From NCBI RefSeq assembly GCF_964204865.1, contig NC_135254.1, forward strand, positions 17,236,001 to 17,300,000: a DNA stretch of 64,000 bases. Reading direction: 5' to 3'. Under the pieces are notes generated by a model, which worked only from the letters and a program-made list of their open reading frames with translations, did no database searches and was not told the origin of the DNA. This DNA is from Styela clava (taxonomy: Eukaryota). Below are positions 1 to 12,100 of the stretch, piece by piece (positions within the stretch are counted from its first letter, which is position 1; each line of letters opens with the position of its first letter). Both the position numbers and the translations under genes were made by a program.

Positions 1-1316
1 TTGTAGAAACCTTCATATCAATAGCATATACCTCAAAGGTGCATTTTCTCCCAGTGAGCCGTTTGTTATGTGGTTCTTCAATTTATTACATATCTTCAGT
101 ATATTTGCTCGTTTTGTGAAACAACATATGTTACCAGCTATATAGCTATGTATACTTACAAGAATATGTGAAGAGACAAATGTCTGAAGAGTCAATATTT
201 ACAAAAAGCGATAAGTATCTCGAATAACCCTGAAAAAGTTGTATATATAGATATATATAATTACTAACTCTGGAGATAAAACGTTGAAATTAGTTTATTT
301 TCCTTGTGTGACATATAATGGTTGCTGATTTGAAACATAATAATGCAATTTTACGTTGCGACGTTGTATTGAAAAACTCATGTGCATAACATGATATCAT
401 AGTGACTCTGTGTACACTTTTGTAACCAAATATTAAATATTATCGGATATATGAATAAACAATTATTAATTATCCAGTTACGATTTTTATTCGTCGAGGG
501 GAATTCGACACTGAATTCTGTGATGTCAGGGTTCGGGTTAGCGAACGCGCGTTACTCAAAACATGGCGAGTGCTCTATCTACAGTGCTTAAAACGTGGCA
601 TGTGGTTTTTCCTCACGCCACACATTTTTTCACTAGTGACGAGGTTTTCTACAAAAGATCAGTGGGGTCATTGTCATATTGCACTTGAAACTAACATATT
701 TTTACAGTCTTTTTTTTCGAATTTGATTTCAGTCGTGATAGAGGAAACAGCGAATCGGGAATAAATCTGATATCACTAGATTGACCAATATAATCAGTAT
801 CATTTTTGACAACACCCGCAACACTTCGAAACTTTTAATTAGCTCAAGTTGTTTTTGTTGTTGAAGCTCTCTGAATTCGGATTAAGAAAATAGGTCAATT
901 CTTCAACACACATTGTTTGTTCTTAATTTGTCCTACTTGTCTTAGTGTAGTCAAACAACATCTGGAACATAATATGAGCTGCTTTTAAGCAGATAAATGA
1001 AGAAAACAGGGCAGATTCGGCAATATAATGGAACAATCTGGCATTGAGGAGACTTTTCTCGCCAAGTCCCAGTTTACAACGTTGAATGTGGTAGGTACTG
1101 ATTTGTAATTTATTTAAAACCATTTACTTAAACTTACAGTCAACTTTTCGCAATATTATAAACCTATTATGCGTTTGCTGCAACTTGTCTTGTATTCAAA
1201 TGTTCTTTTCATATTAATTATCTCTTTTTCGAAATAATATGTCAGAAAACTTCGTATATATACAATTAATGTGAGGCATAATCCAGTATTGGATATATCA
1301 GGAATATCAGGAAAAT

Positions 1317-2816
1317 ATGATGATAATCCGGCTCTTATTAATTTTCGTCGTGTTGCATGTTGTTCAAAGGTTAGTCTTAGTTAAAGTTGTATTTTATTAT
1401 ATATATAGAGAGTTTTTAATTCCTCAGAATTTATATACATGCAAACTATAGCAGGATGAGGGCCATGACTTATTCCATCGTTTCATATTCGGTACGATTA
1501 TTTCACAAAGACATGGGTATGTTTGTTGTTCAAAAGACGCGGCTGTCTTTAATCTTGCACTATGAGACTCGCAATTGACTTTTAATGATTCGGACAATAA
1601 TTCCTATGCTATTCATTTGAGTAAAGTCGATCAAATGTGAATTATTTCCAATTAACTTGTGTTTAGTAAAGTATATATACAAAAATATTTAGGTTATCAA
1701 AAAAATAATAGATAATGCAAATTCTATTCAATTCCCTAGTTAAAGATAATACATGGTGTCCATAAAATCCCTTCACAATTTCATTTTGTTTTGAAGTCAG
1801 TACTTAATATGTCTCAGCCAGGTATGTTGTTTTTTATTCAGTAATTGTGTAAGTATTTCCACTTCATTTAATACATCGGTGAAGGCCAAAACAATATATG
1901 ATATCGATAAATTGTACCTTGCCTTGTCATTCAGTTATCCGAGAGCAGCTTTGCCCAAATCGACACTAACACTTACAGCACTACGTAACGCCTCCTTTGG
2001 TTTTCCATTCACCAATTGCTGCAACGCTGTATAGGCCTTCCCAGGCGTCGTGTCTTTAAATGGCTTTATGATTTCTCCAACAGTGTTAATCCCTTCTTTG
2101 CAATTTTGAAAGGTTTTAACACTTCATGGACATTAGTTATATTAGGATATTAGTTATGCTATCCAAATAAACTTGATATGTAACATGTCATCTTACATTT
2201 AGTGCTCCGATGGAAGAGAACAGACCGGGTCCTCCCGCAGGTAATATGCCTAAATTTTATTTTTATCGATATTCAATTTTACAGATGTAATCTTGGAAAG
2301 AGCGCGTTGCGCCTAGCTGACATTGGTTTATCATGAGAAACATTACTAAAATACATTTAGGTTTGTACAAAGCAAGCGTTTTACCAGGAGTAAATTGAAT
2401 GCAAAAAAGACGCTGGAGTTGAATTATTTTTTTAATTTTTGGTTATAAATGTCTTTGTAACGATTTTTCGATATTCATTCGTATCCATTTGGTTTTAAAT
2501 ATTGCATCAAAAATAAAAAGTCTTTCCTATTTAAAAAAAAATCACAAACAAATAATTTTTTATAACAGAACTTCGAATTGACCTTGGCAAGAAACTTAGG
2601 GATTGGGGGGAAAAGGCTGTCAACTTCGGCAAAAAAACTTTCGAATTAGTCAAAGAAGGGATTAACACTGTTGGAGAAATCATAAAGCCATTTAAAGACA
2701 CGACGCCTGGGAAGGCCTATACAGCGTTGCAGCAATTGGTGAATGGAAAACCAAAGGAGGCGTTACGTAGTGCTGTAAGTGTTAGTGTCGATTTGGGCAA
2801 AGCTGCTCTCGGATAA
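1317..2816 (+). CDS. Secreted cationic amphipathic peptide precursor (antimicrobial-peptide-like), 112 aa; exons 1317-1369, 2203-2240, 2569-2816
   Basis: GT-AG introns with compatible phases (2, 1). The spliced protein is MMIIRLLLIFVVLHVVQS-APMEENRPGPPAELR-IDLGKKLRDWGEKAVNFGKKTFELVKEGINTVGEIIKPFKDTTPGKAYTALQQLVNGKPKEALRSAVSVSVDLGKAALG*. It has a hydrophobic signal peptide, a short pro-piece ending in R, a Lys-rich Cys-free helical region and a terminal Gly. Confidence 0.8.
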
Positions 2817-2836
2817 CTGAATGACAAGGCAAGGTA
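1915..2836. repeat. 186-bp inverted repeat: arm 1915-2100 is the reverse complement of 2651-2836 (550-bp spacer)
   Basis: By-eye comparison of taccttgccttgtcattcag...gttaatcccttctttg with caaagaagggattaac...ctgaatgacaaggcaaggta; no mismatch seen. Confidence 0.95.
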
Positions 2837-5217
2837 AATTATTTTACGATTTTTCCATTCTGAATTTTATTGTTACCGTTCCAGCTGTTCTATCATTGAA
2901 GGTGGTACAGCAAATCTATGTTCATCCATTCATAGCAAAAACAAAAATTGAACAGCTTAGAAAAGTTTTGCATACTGAAGTTATCAAAAAAGAACCTAAA
3001 CACGTGAATTAATTTTTTTTTAAAATTACAACAAATATTTATTATGAACGACACACAACAACAAGTCACAAAGCATGCAAATTTAAAAACCAGTTACTAT
3101 CCAGGTAACAAATAGGCAGCAGAAAAATTGCTTTTTTCTCGAATCATTTATCAAATTAATTTCAATAACTAAATTAAATACAATGCACTGTCTCCTGTGT
3201 CTTGAATTGTTGCTCCGAAGGAGTTCAACTTCGAACTTTTGTAATCCTTTATTATCAATCAACACGTGGATACCCAATGTTTTAAGTCTCCATGTAAGAC
3301 AGTCTAACGAAATATAATCCTAGATTGATAGAATTTACTTTGTATGTCTAACTAAAATATGATGTAGAAGCATCACCATTATGTCACTTAGTCCAACCCG
3401 AGTCCAATTAACTCTTGTTGCTAATCGCATTACTTGAGTACAATGCCTGACTGCTCTATATAGTATAGAGGCTTATTCTATTCCCATATCGTTAGCTTAG
3501 CAAATCCCATTTCCATGAGTATTCCTGTACAATGTTAATACACAATTCTTCCAATATGATCCTGTATCTTTTCTGGCAAACTTCGATTTATATCGCTGCC
3601 CCACTAGGCATATCACTGCTGGCTAATTCAATTCAAATGTGCAAAGATCGTTGATGTATTGAGTTTTTGTTAAATTGCAGATGACAGAAGACGACAGGAA
3701 AATCAAATTGAAACTGACGATGCAGGAACCACTTCCAACAATTTTTAATACTTATTTCTGTGTACGGCATTCATACGTCGCTAAGTGACAAAATAGAAAG
3801 CTAACTGTAATACCACTTGAAACGTGATTTCGCGACTTTTGGCTAGTGACTTTAGGAATAAAAATTACTGTGGGTGTATGAGTTTCGATGTATTCAATGG
3901 GCTTTTGCATTATATCAATTATGGGTTTTCTGTCTATTCTTGTAGCGGGTCAAATACCAAGTTTTTATACTACAACTAGACGTTAAAAATAAATGAGTTG
4001 TTTCGTGATCAAAACAAATTTTTAAACCGGTACGTTTTCCAAACAAATTACTTTCGAAGAATTCACATTTTTTTGCATTTGCACTTTTGCTGATATGACT
4101 TCAGTTTGTTTTTTTGCACCTTGTATAAACATAAAAAAAAAACAAATGTAATTTCCATGTAAATAAATCAAGTTAAAATAGTTTTCATTGTTTTCAGTTA
4201 TCGTGAACATGGAATATTTTAACGTAGCAAAATGTATAGTAAATGTTACCATAACTATCAGTAAAGGTTACGCGAGACTAACTCCCAATCCTTCCTCAAT
4301 GCCTTTCCACTAGAAGATCCATATGCGTATAATGCAAGGATGCTGTAGCTAAAAAAAAATACCATATATTGCAATTCAAGAGTCCTGCTGCACACTAATA
4401 CAAATGTATTTCTGAAACGTTCCGTCTGACCAAAATTCCGCCTGACCTCATGTAGACAAGCATTTTTTCTTCTGTGTGTCATGCAGCAGGAGTCTTGAAT
4501 TGCATAGAATTTTAACATAGGTGTTATTTGGTGAATTTTGAATGTAAAACTATTTTACTAATTCAATTGCGTGCTAATCGAAACGGAAGGGGCGTTGTTG
4601 ACTCCAAAGCGCTGGTGTAAAAGTACTAAGTTTAAATACCAAAACAATAAAGAAAATTGGTTATATTGTCATATATTGAAATCGTGGCGATGAGAATACA
4701 ATTGTAAGGGTGTTAACGGGACTGTGTCATAGTTTGGCATTTTACTCTGAAGTTGTGTTATATACTCCCGGGAGTCAAAATTCTGATCTTTCACCGAAAG
4801 CGAAGGAAACGAAGTCTATTGAGCGTGCTCAACAGTCTATCAATAGAGAATTGCATACACCACAGCCCTTTTGGTTAAGAAATTTGATGAAAGTATATAA
4901 CAGAACTAAGGATACTTATATCTGAGAAAGTTACCGGCGAGCACTCAAAATTTAAACATTCTGTTTTTTTTACATGGTCTTGACATATTATGTTCACTAA
5001 CGTATCTTCTAAATTCATACTGCTGTATTCTAATTATATCTACTTGTAGTCAGATTGCGCCTAATGTCATCGTGGCCAAAACCAGCCTGAAGCACGCTGT
5101 TTTAGTTTAGCGTGACGTTTTAGAACTGAATGTTCGCCATTACCATTCCAAAACGAAGGCCCAGGCCATCTTACTGCGTAATCATTACATCTTTAGTTCA
5201 TTACACTGTAATGAACT

Positions 5218-6139
5218 TGTAAGTTCGAAAATTGGCATTATCTTCTATCAATGGGGATTTCCCTAAAGTGAAACGACAAATGGAAAATTCCAGCTGTCCA
5301 CATATGTTGCAATCGACTCTCGCTGGACAAGTCTAATCTTGCCTCGCTCTCACGTGACTCGCTGCCGTGTTTGACGGCAGTCGTTGCTTAATATTCGCAT
5401 AGATTGCTTTTTATGTGTTAAGTTAGTTACGTTTAACGTCCGGTTGTAGGGATAATAATTGCCCATACCCAAGGCTTATGTTATTGGAACATATAACTGC
5501 TGTAACTTTTATTGTAGAATATTATATAAGCTATAAATAGACTGTAATTTGATTGATTGATTCTCTGAATCCTGAACTGAAATTGAAGTTATTTCTGAAT
5601 ATTTGTTATCGCCTGGCTTAAAACGTTTCGGTAAGTTTTAGTATTTGTTGTTTATGATAAGAATTCTTGTTATTAGTTCAAATAATATTCCAAATAATAA
5701 TAATTAATTGGTATTTAAATAGTATATAGTATTTCATGTTAATTAAATACTGTCAGTAGAGCTAGACAATGTCACATTGTTTAATGATTAAGTTTGCAAG
5801 TGCTTTAATGCATTATTGTTATTTTCTGTGGTCTGTATTTGAATATTTTCATTTAAATTCAGAAAACCGCTACGCTACACATCACCATACACATTGCATC
5901 ATTCTGTTATTAGTACGCTACACCTCTTTAACCTTATTCAACATTGTGAACTGTTTTACTGGATTTAATTCAATATATCAAATTTCATTGTACAACATTT
6001 GATATTTGTGGCATTGGAGGACACACTGAGAGTTGCGCGTTTTCGAATAGTTTTTCAAGAACCAAAGAACAGCCAGATATTTCAGTCACCCCCTTATGCG
6101 ACACCTGTATTTGCCAGGATACATAGAAAAGGTGTTACA
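5218..6139 (+). repeat. 5' LTR (922 bp)
   Basis: Starts TGTAAG and ends GTTACA; direct repeat of 12374-13295; the same 77-aa short ORF appears in both copies. Confidence 0.97.
5253..5291 (+). promoter_or_regulatory. kB-IRF-kB motif cluster in LTR U3 (second copy at 12409-12447)
   Basis: GGGGATTTCCC (5253-5263), AAAGTGAAAC (5265-5274) and GGAAAATTCC (5282-5291) match Rel/NF-kB and IRF consensus motifs; TATAAA at 5532-5537. Confidence 0.55.
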
Positions 6140-6162
6140 TAATAAGTTTTCGAAACGAAATC

Positions 6163-9100
6163 ATGAACTTGAGTTCGAGTGATGAAGATTACTCACCCAG
6201 AAAACTGGCTTTGAGGCAACTGGCTAACTATACAACAGCCGCTTGTCAGAAGATGCCATCACTGGCTGATGTCAAAAAACAACGTACAACATTAGAACAT
6301 TTATATTTCATGGCTGAAAAAGCAATTGCTGATCAGGATTTGCATGTGCTAAATTCTGTTATGTCAAGTATTGATGATCCTTTTGCCAAACTTGTGGAAA
6401 TGTACTCTGAGAGTATATCAGCTGCACCCAATGATGAAATAAGATTGAAATTCGAAAATGAACTTTGGAATGTGAATAAAGACATTGACAACCTTTTTGC
6501 TCGAGTACGTGAATTCACACATTTACAAAACCCCAAAACGTGGAGTTCAAATCAATGCAAAGATTCTGAACTTCCCGATTCCAGAAGAGAAAGAGCGGAA
6601 AGTGAAGTCGTGTCCTTGTCTGGTAGCATACGAAGTAAACGCTCTTATGCGAGTAGCAAGACATCAATATGCAGCAAAGGGTCTGTACATATGGCCAAGG
6701 CACAAGTTAAGCGTGAAAGAGCTCGAATTGCATTGCAAAGAACAGAAGCAAAGCAGAGAATTGAAGATGAAAAACGCAAAATTGAACATGAAAATCAAAT
6801 ATTGGAAGCAAAATTTGATTTGCAAGAAGCAGAAGCAGAGGCTGCTGTTTGGGAGAATTTGTCTGTGGTTGATGATGCTGGAAGTTCTCGGTCTTCATCA
6901 GATATATTCATCAGATCTGGTGTTCAAAAGGAAGCTACAGCTGTAGTAACTTCGCGGACTGTAGAACACGAACAACAACCTGAGAGAAACGTTACTAATC
7001 AACAGGTGGTAAGTCAATCATCTCCTATCGCTACAACTAAACCTGCTGTTTCACCTAAACAAGATGTGGTGTCTTCAAGCAATGATGACAGCGTGAATTC
7101 TGGATTTTCCCAACAGTCCGCTGATTTTGCACTGAACACAGATTCAAATAATGAACATAATATATCTAAACCTTTGGTCACTGACACTGATAAATTTGCT
7201 CAGAGTATAGCCAGAGCTTTTGGTGAAGCCATGCATGCTCCAAAGTTGGAATATTTGACATTTTCTGGTAATCCTATTGACTACTATATTTTCAAGAAAA
7301 ATTTTGAAACTAATATTGATGCTAAAGCACCCACAGATGCCTTGAAATTAGCTTTCTTACTGCATCAATGCAAAGGAAAAGCGAAATCGCTCATACAACA
7401 CTGTTCTATATTTGAACCAGAAGTGGGTTATGCCAAGGCTAAAGATATTCTTCATAAGAAATTTGGAGATTCAGATGTTGTAACTGAAGCTTTTAAAGAA
7501 CAGTTGCATCGTTGTTCGATTATAAAACCAGATGATCATGCAGCACTGCAAGACTATGCTCTTTTAATGAGAAAATGTGTTCTTGTGCTCGGTAAGCTTG
7601 ATAGCCTTGGAGAAATGAATACATCTGATCGTATTATCGATTTTGCCAGTAAGTTACCATACAGCTCACAGAAAGGATGGGAAAGGAAAGCTGTGAAGAT
7701 CAAAAATAATACTGGTAAAAAGGCTCAGATATGGGACTTGGCTGATTTCATTGAAGAGGAAGCTGATATTGCAGGTTCAAATACTGCGAAATCATTGAAC
7801 ATCAGAAGACGTGAAGATAAGCCACAACAAAAACGGCAATCAACACGAAAGTCTACAACTTATACTGTGAAAACTGAGGATGTCAAAGCAACTTCTCATG
7901 TCCAGAGTCCTGCTATTTTAAAATGTAAGTGTTGTTCCTTTTCCCACCTTTTGTCAAAATGTGAAAAGTTTAATTCTAAATCGATTGAAGAACGAGTAAA
8001 ATTCCTGAAAGAAATTGGTTTCTGCTTCAATTGTCTACGTGGAGGTCACTTGGTAAAGGACTGCAAGTCACAATATACATGCTCTGTTAAAGGGTGTGGA
8101 CGAAGACATCATACTTTGTTGCATTTAAATACAAAGAAATTAGAAAATGAAGAAAATGCAAACTTCAAAAAGAATGATGACAAACAAAGCTCAATTCAGA
8201 AGAATGTGACTACTGCAGTTCAAGCTAATTCAAATGCATGCAAGAGCTCCATGTATACTTACAGAAATATTTTGCCTGTCAGGATTCGAGCAAATAACGT
8301 TGAAGTGGAAACATATGCTCTGGTCGATATTGGGTCCGACACAACTTTTTGTGAAACAAGCTTAATTGAAGAACTTGGTTTGACTGGAAAACAAAGAACT
8401 GTTGAAATCAACACATTAGGACAACGACCAGTCATGCATGATGGTGTTGTTGTAAATCTCACTGTTGCATCAATTGACGATGCAGAAGAAATATTCATTG
8501 AAAATGTGATGTCTATTGACAAGATTCCAGTTCAACCAAATCCTATTCCATCTGAAGAAGAACTCAAGCTACTTCCTCATCTGCAAGAACTTAATCTACG
8601 TAAAATTAAAAATAAATATGTTTCTCTGCTTATTGGAACTGATTGTCCATATGCACATCATGTGTTGGAAGTTCGAACTGGAAACAAGAAGCAGCCATTT
8701 GCACAAAAGTCTCCATTGGGATGGTCGATTATTGGACCATCAGTGAATATGCCATCAACGCACAAGATTCATGTCAACTTTGTGAAGTCTGATATGTTAC
8801 TCGAAGAAGAGATAAGAAGAACATGGTGCACTGATTTTGAAGATGAGATTGGAGATTTGACATTTCCAACCTCGAAAGAAGATAGACATGTTCTAAATTT
8901 TCTGAAGAGCTCTGTAGAGCATTTCGATGGTCATTTCACAATACCTTTACCTTGGCGTCCTGGGACACAGCTGCCGAGCGGAAGTCGTGCATTGGCTGAA
9001 CGCAGATTGGAGTATCTCCATAAACGTTTGTCTAAAAATGATGATTTGAGAGAGAAATACACAGAAAAAATGCAGGAATATATTACAAAAGGTTTTGCGA

Positions 9101-12100
9101 AAAAGCTTTCGCAAGAAGAAGATATCCCTGCAGGTCCTGTTTGGTATTTGTGCCACCACCCGGTGTGTACCGCAAACAAACCGAAAGTGCGTATCGTATT
9201 TGATTGTGCTGCAATTTATAAAGGTGTTTCTCTTAATGACACTCTCATGCCTGGACCAGACTTGGTGTCAAGCCTTATTGGTGTGTTGACTCAATTTCGT
9301 AAGGGACGCATAGCTTTAGTTGCTGATATTGAAGCTATGTTTCATCAAATTAAAGTTAAGAAAGAAGATTGCAATGCTCTGCGATTTCTTTGGTGGCCAA
9401 ATGGTGATATTTTAAAGAAGGCAGAATTATATTTCATGGAACGTCATATATTTGGAGCTTGCAGTTCACCTTGCATTGCTTCATTCTGCTTGAAGGAAAC
9501 CGGAAAACGATTTGGTCATGAATTTGATAAAAGAATTTGTGAGATTATTGAAAATGGATTTTATGTAGATGACTGTCTTACATCTTCTGATAGTGATGAA
9601 GATGCAATAAACACAAAAACACAACTTTGTAATTTGATGAAGAAGGGAGGTTTCAATCTAACGAAGTGGATTTCAAATAGTTCCACTGTGATGGCCAATA
9701 TCCCAGAATCTGAACATACCAAATCTGTGAAAGAGTTGGATTTGCATGAACCTCGAAAAGAGCGTGTTCTTGGAGTTTTCTGGAATGTAGATGCCGATGC
9801 TTTTCAATTTCGTTCAACTGTACCTAAGTTGAAGACATATACAAGAAGGACAATTTTATCTGCAGTTAATTCACTATTTGATCCCCTGGGAATGCTCGCT
9901 CCCGTGATTCTGGTAGCAAAAATGTTGCAACAAGAAATCATCGAAAAAGGTTTCGGCTGGGATGAAGTAATTACAGAAGACAATATTAAAGACTGGGACA
10001 CTTGGTTCAAACAGCTCACTGATCTTGAATATATTTCGATTCCAAGATGTTTCAAGCCACAAGAATTTGGAAATATCAAACATTGTGAGATACACCATTT
10101 TTCAGATGCTTCTAGCTTCGGTTATGGTGTAGTTTCGTATTTGAGGCTGGTCGATGAAAATAATCAAATACACTGCTCATTTTTATGTGGTAAAGCAAAG
10201 GTGGCTCCTCCGAGGGCTGAAAGCATTCCTAGACTAGAACTTGTTGCTGCTGTGCTAGCTGTAAAGGCAGATAAGTGGCTACGATTAAAGTTGAATTATT
10301 CCGATTGTGAGTCCGTATTTTGGACTGATTCGAGTGCAGTGCGTCAAAGCATATGTAATCCAAGAAAACGTTTTCGTACCTTCGTTGCAAATAGATTGGC
10401 CAAGATTCATCGACAGTCAAAGCCGTCTCAATGGCGACAAGTGCCTTCAAAAATCAATCCGGCTGATGACGCATCACGAGGCTTATCATTGAAAACTCTC
10501 ATCAATAAAAGTCGTTGGCTGCTTGCACCTGAATTTTTATGGAAGACCGAAGATAGTTGGCCAAGAAATTCTGAAGATAAAACGGACCTGCCTGATGAAT
10601 TTCAGCCAATTGAAAGAAAGAAAGTGGCAACAATTATTGCTTCGGATATTGACACAATTGACAACTTCATTAAAAGCTTTTCTGATTTACAAAGGCTCAA
10701 GATTGCCACTGCATGGGTGTTACGCTATAAAAGTTTCCTTCGTAACCACAATTCTGTTACCACAAGAAATATAACTGTGGAAGAAATGCAATACGCAGAG
10801 CAAGCACTTGTGAAATATGTTCAGCAGCAGAATTACAAATCTGTCATTGATAATTTATCAGACAAAAGTGAAATTGGTGACAGGAAGGCTCGTCACGAGA
10901 TGAAGAAAGCTGAGCATACAAAGTCAATTGCAAAACTAGATCCAATTATAACTGATGGAATTCTACGGATTGGGGGGAGGTTGGATAAAGCTCCTATTTC
11001 ATTCGAAATGCGACATCCCATCATTTTACCAAATGATCACCACTTAACCAGATTAATCATTGACTTCTATCACAAAAAAGTTGGACATTCAAGTGTTTCT
11101 CATACTTGGAATGTTATTCGTGAAAAATACTGGATCACAAGACCGAGAGCAACAATTCGGCATGAATTAAATAAATGTGTGACCTGCAGAAAAGCTAACA
11201 CACGACAAGGAGAACAGTTAATGGCTGAACTGCCATCTGCTCGTCTAAAGGTTGGTCAACCACCATTCTATTCAACAGGAATCGACTTCTTCGGCCCATA
11301 TTTGATCAAACGTGGGAGAAGTGAAATCAAAAGATATGGCTGCATATTTACATGCCTCACAACAAGAGCTGTACATATTGAACTGGCAGAAGATTTATCC
11401 ACTGATGCTTTCATAAATGCTCTTAGGAGGTTTATGGCAAGAAGATCAAAACCTTTTGAATTGCACAGTGACAATGGAACTAATTTTGTTGGAGCAGAAC
11501 GAATATTACGAGAAGAAATGCATAAGCTCGATCATACCAAATTAGATGGATTCTTCAAAAAACAAGAAATCCGCTGGTATTTCAATACTCCAACAGCCAG
11601 CAACCAAGGAGGTTCCTGGGAAATTTTAATTCGATCCATAAGAAGAATTTTGAACAAGATATTTTACAAATCTCCTGTTGTATCTCAAGATGTTCTGCAT
11701 ACTGCACTCCTGGAGGCAGAATACATAATCAATTCAAGACCTTTGTGTCCAGTTTCTTTTGATCCAAGAGATAATGCACCATTATCTCCAAATCATCTAC
11801 TTCTGCAAAAACCAACACCATGTATTTCACCTGGATTATTCAATAATCAAGATTCCTATAGTCGTCTACAGTGGCGTCGAGTTCAACTTCTTGCTGACGA
11901 GTTCTGGAGGAGATTCTGCAAAGAATATTTGCCAACCATAGCCATTCGTCAAAAATGGCCGGACAAGACAAGAAACTTCACTGTTGGGGACATAGTACTT
12001 GTGGTAAACAACAGTGTACCAAGGGGCAAATGGGACGAATTGTCAACACATATCCGGATCGATTTGACATAGTTCGTAATGTAGATGTCAAAACTCAATG

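Noticed and set aside
570-1123. Coding-like stretches on the minus strand upstream of the peptide gene
   Set aside because: Interrupted by stops, with no recognisable motif or consistent splice model.
5769-6002. 77-aa ORF present twice (also 12925-13158)
   Set aside because: It lies inside the LTRs, so the duplication reflects LTR identity. It has no recognisable domain and starts within a probable intron.
6333-11941. Many short antisense and alternate-frame ORFs within gag-pol
   Set aside because: Expected shadows of a long coding region, with no motifs and no env-like ORF.
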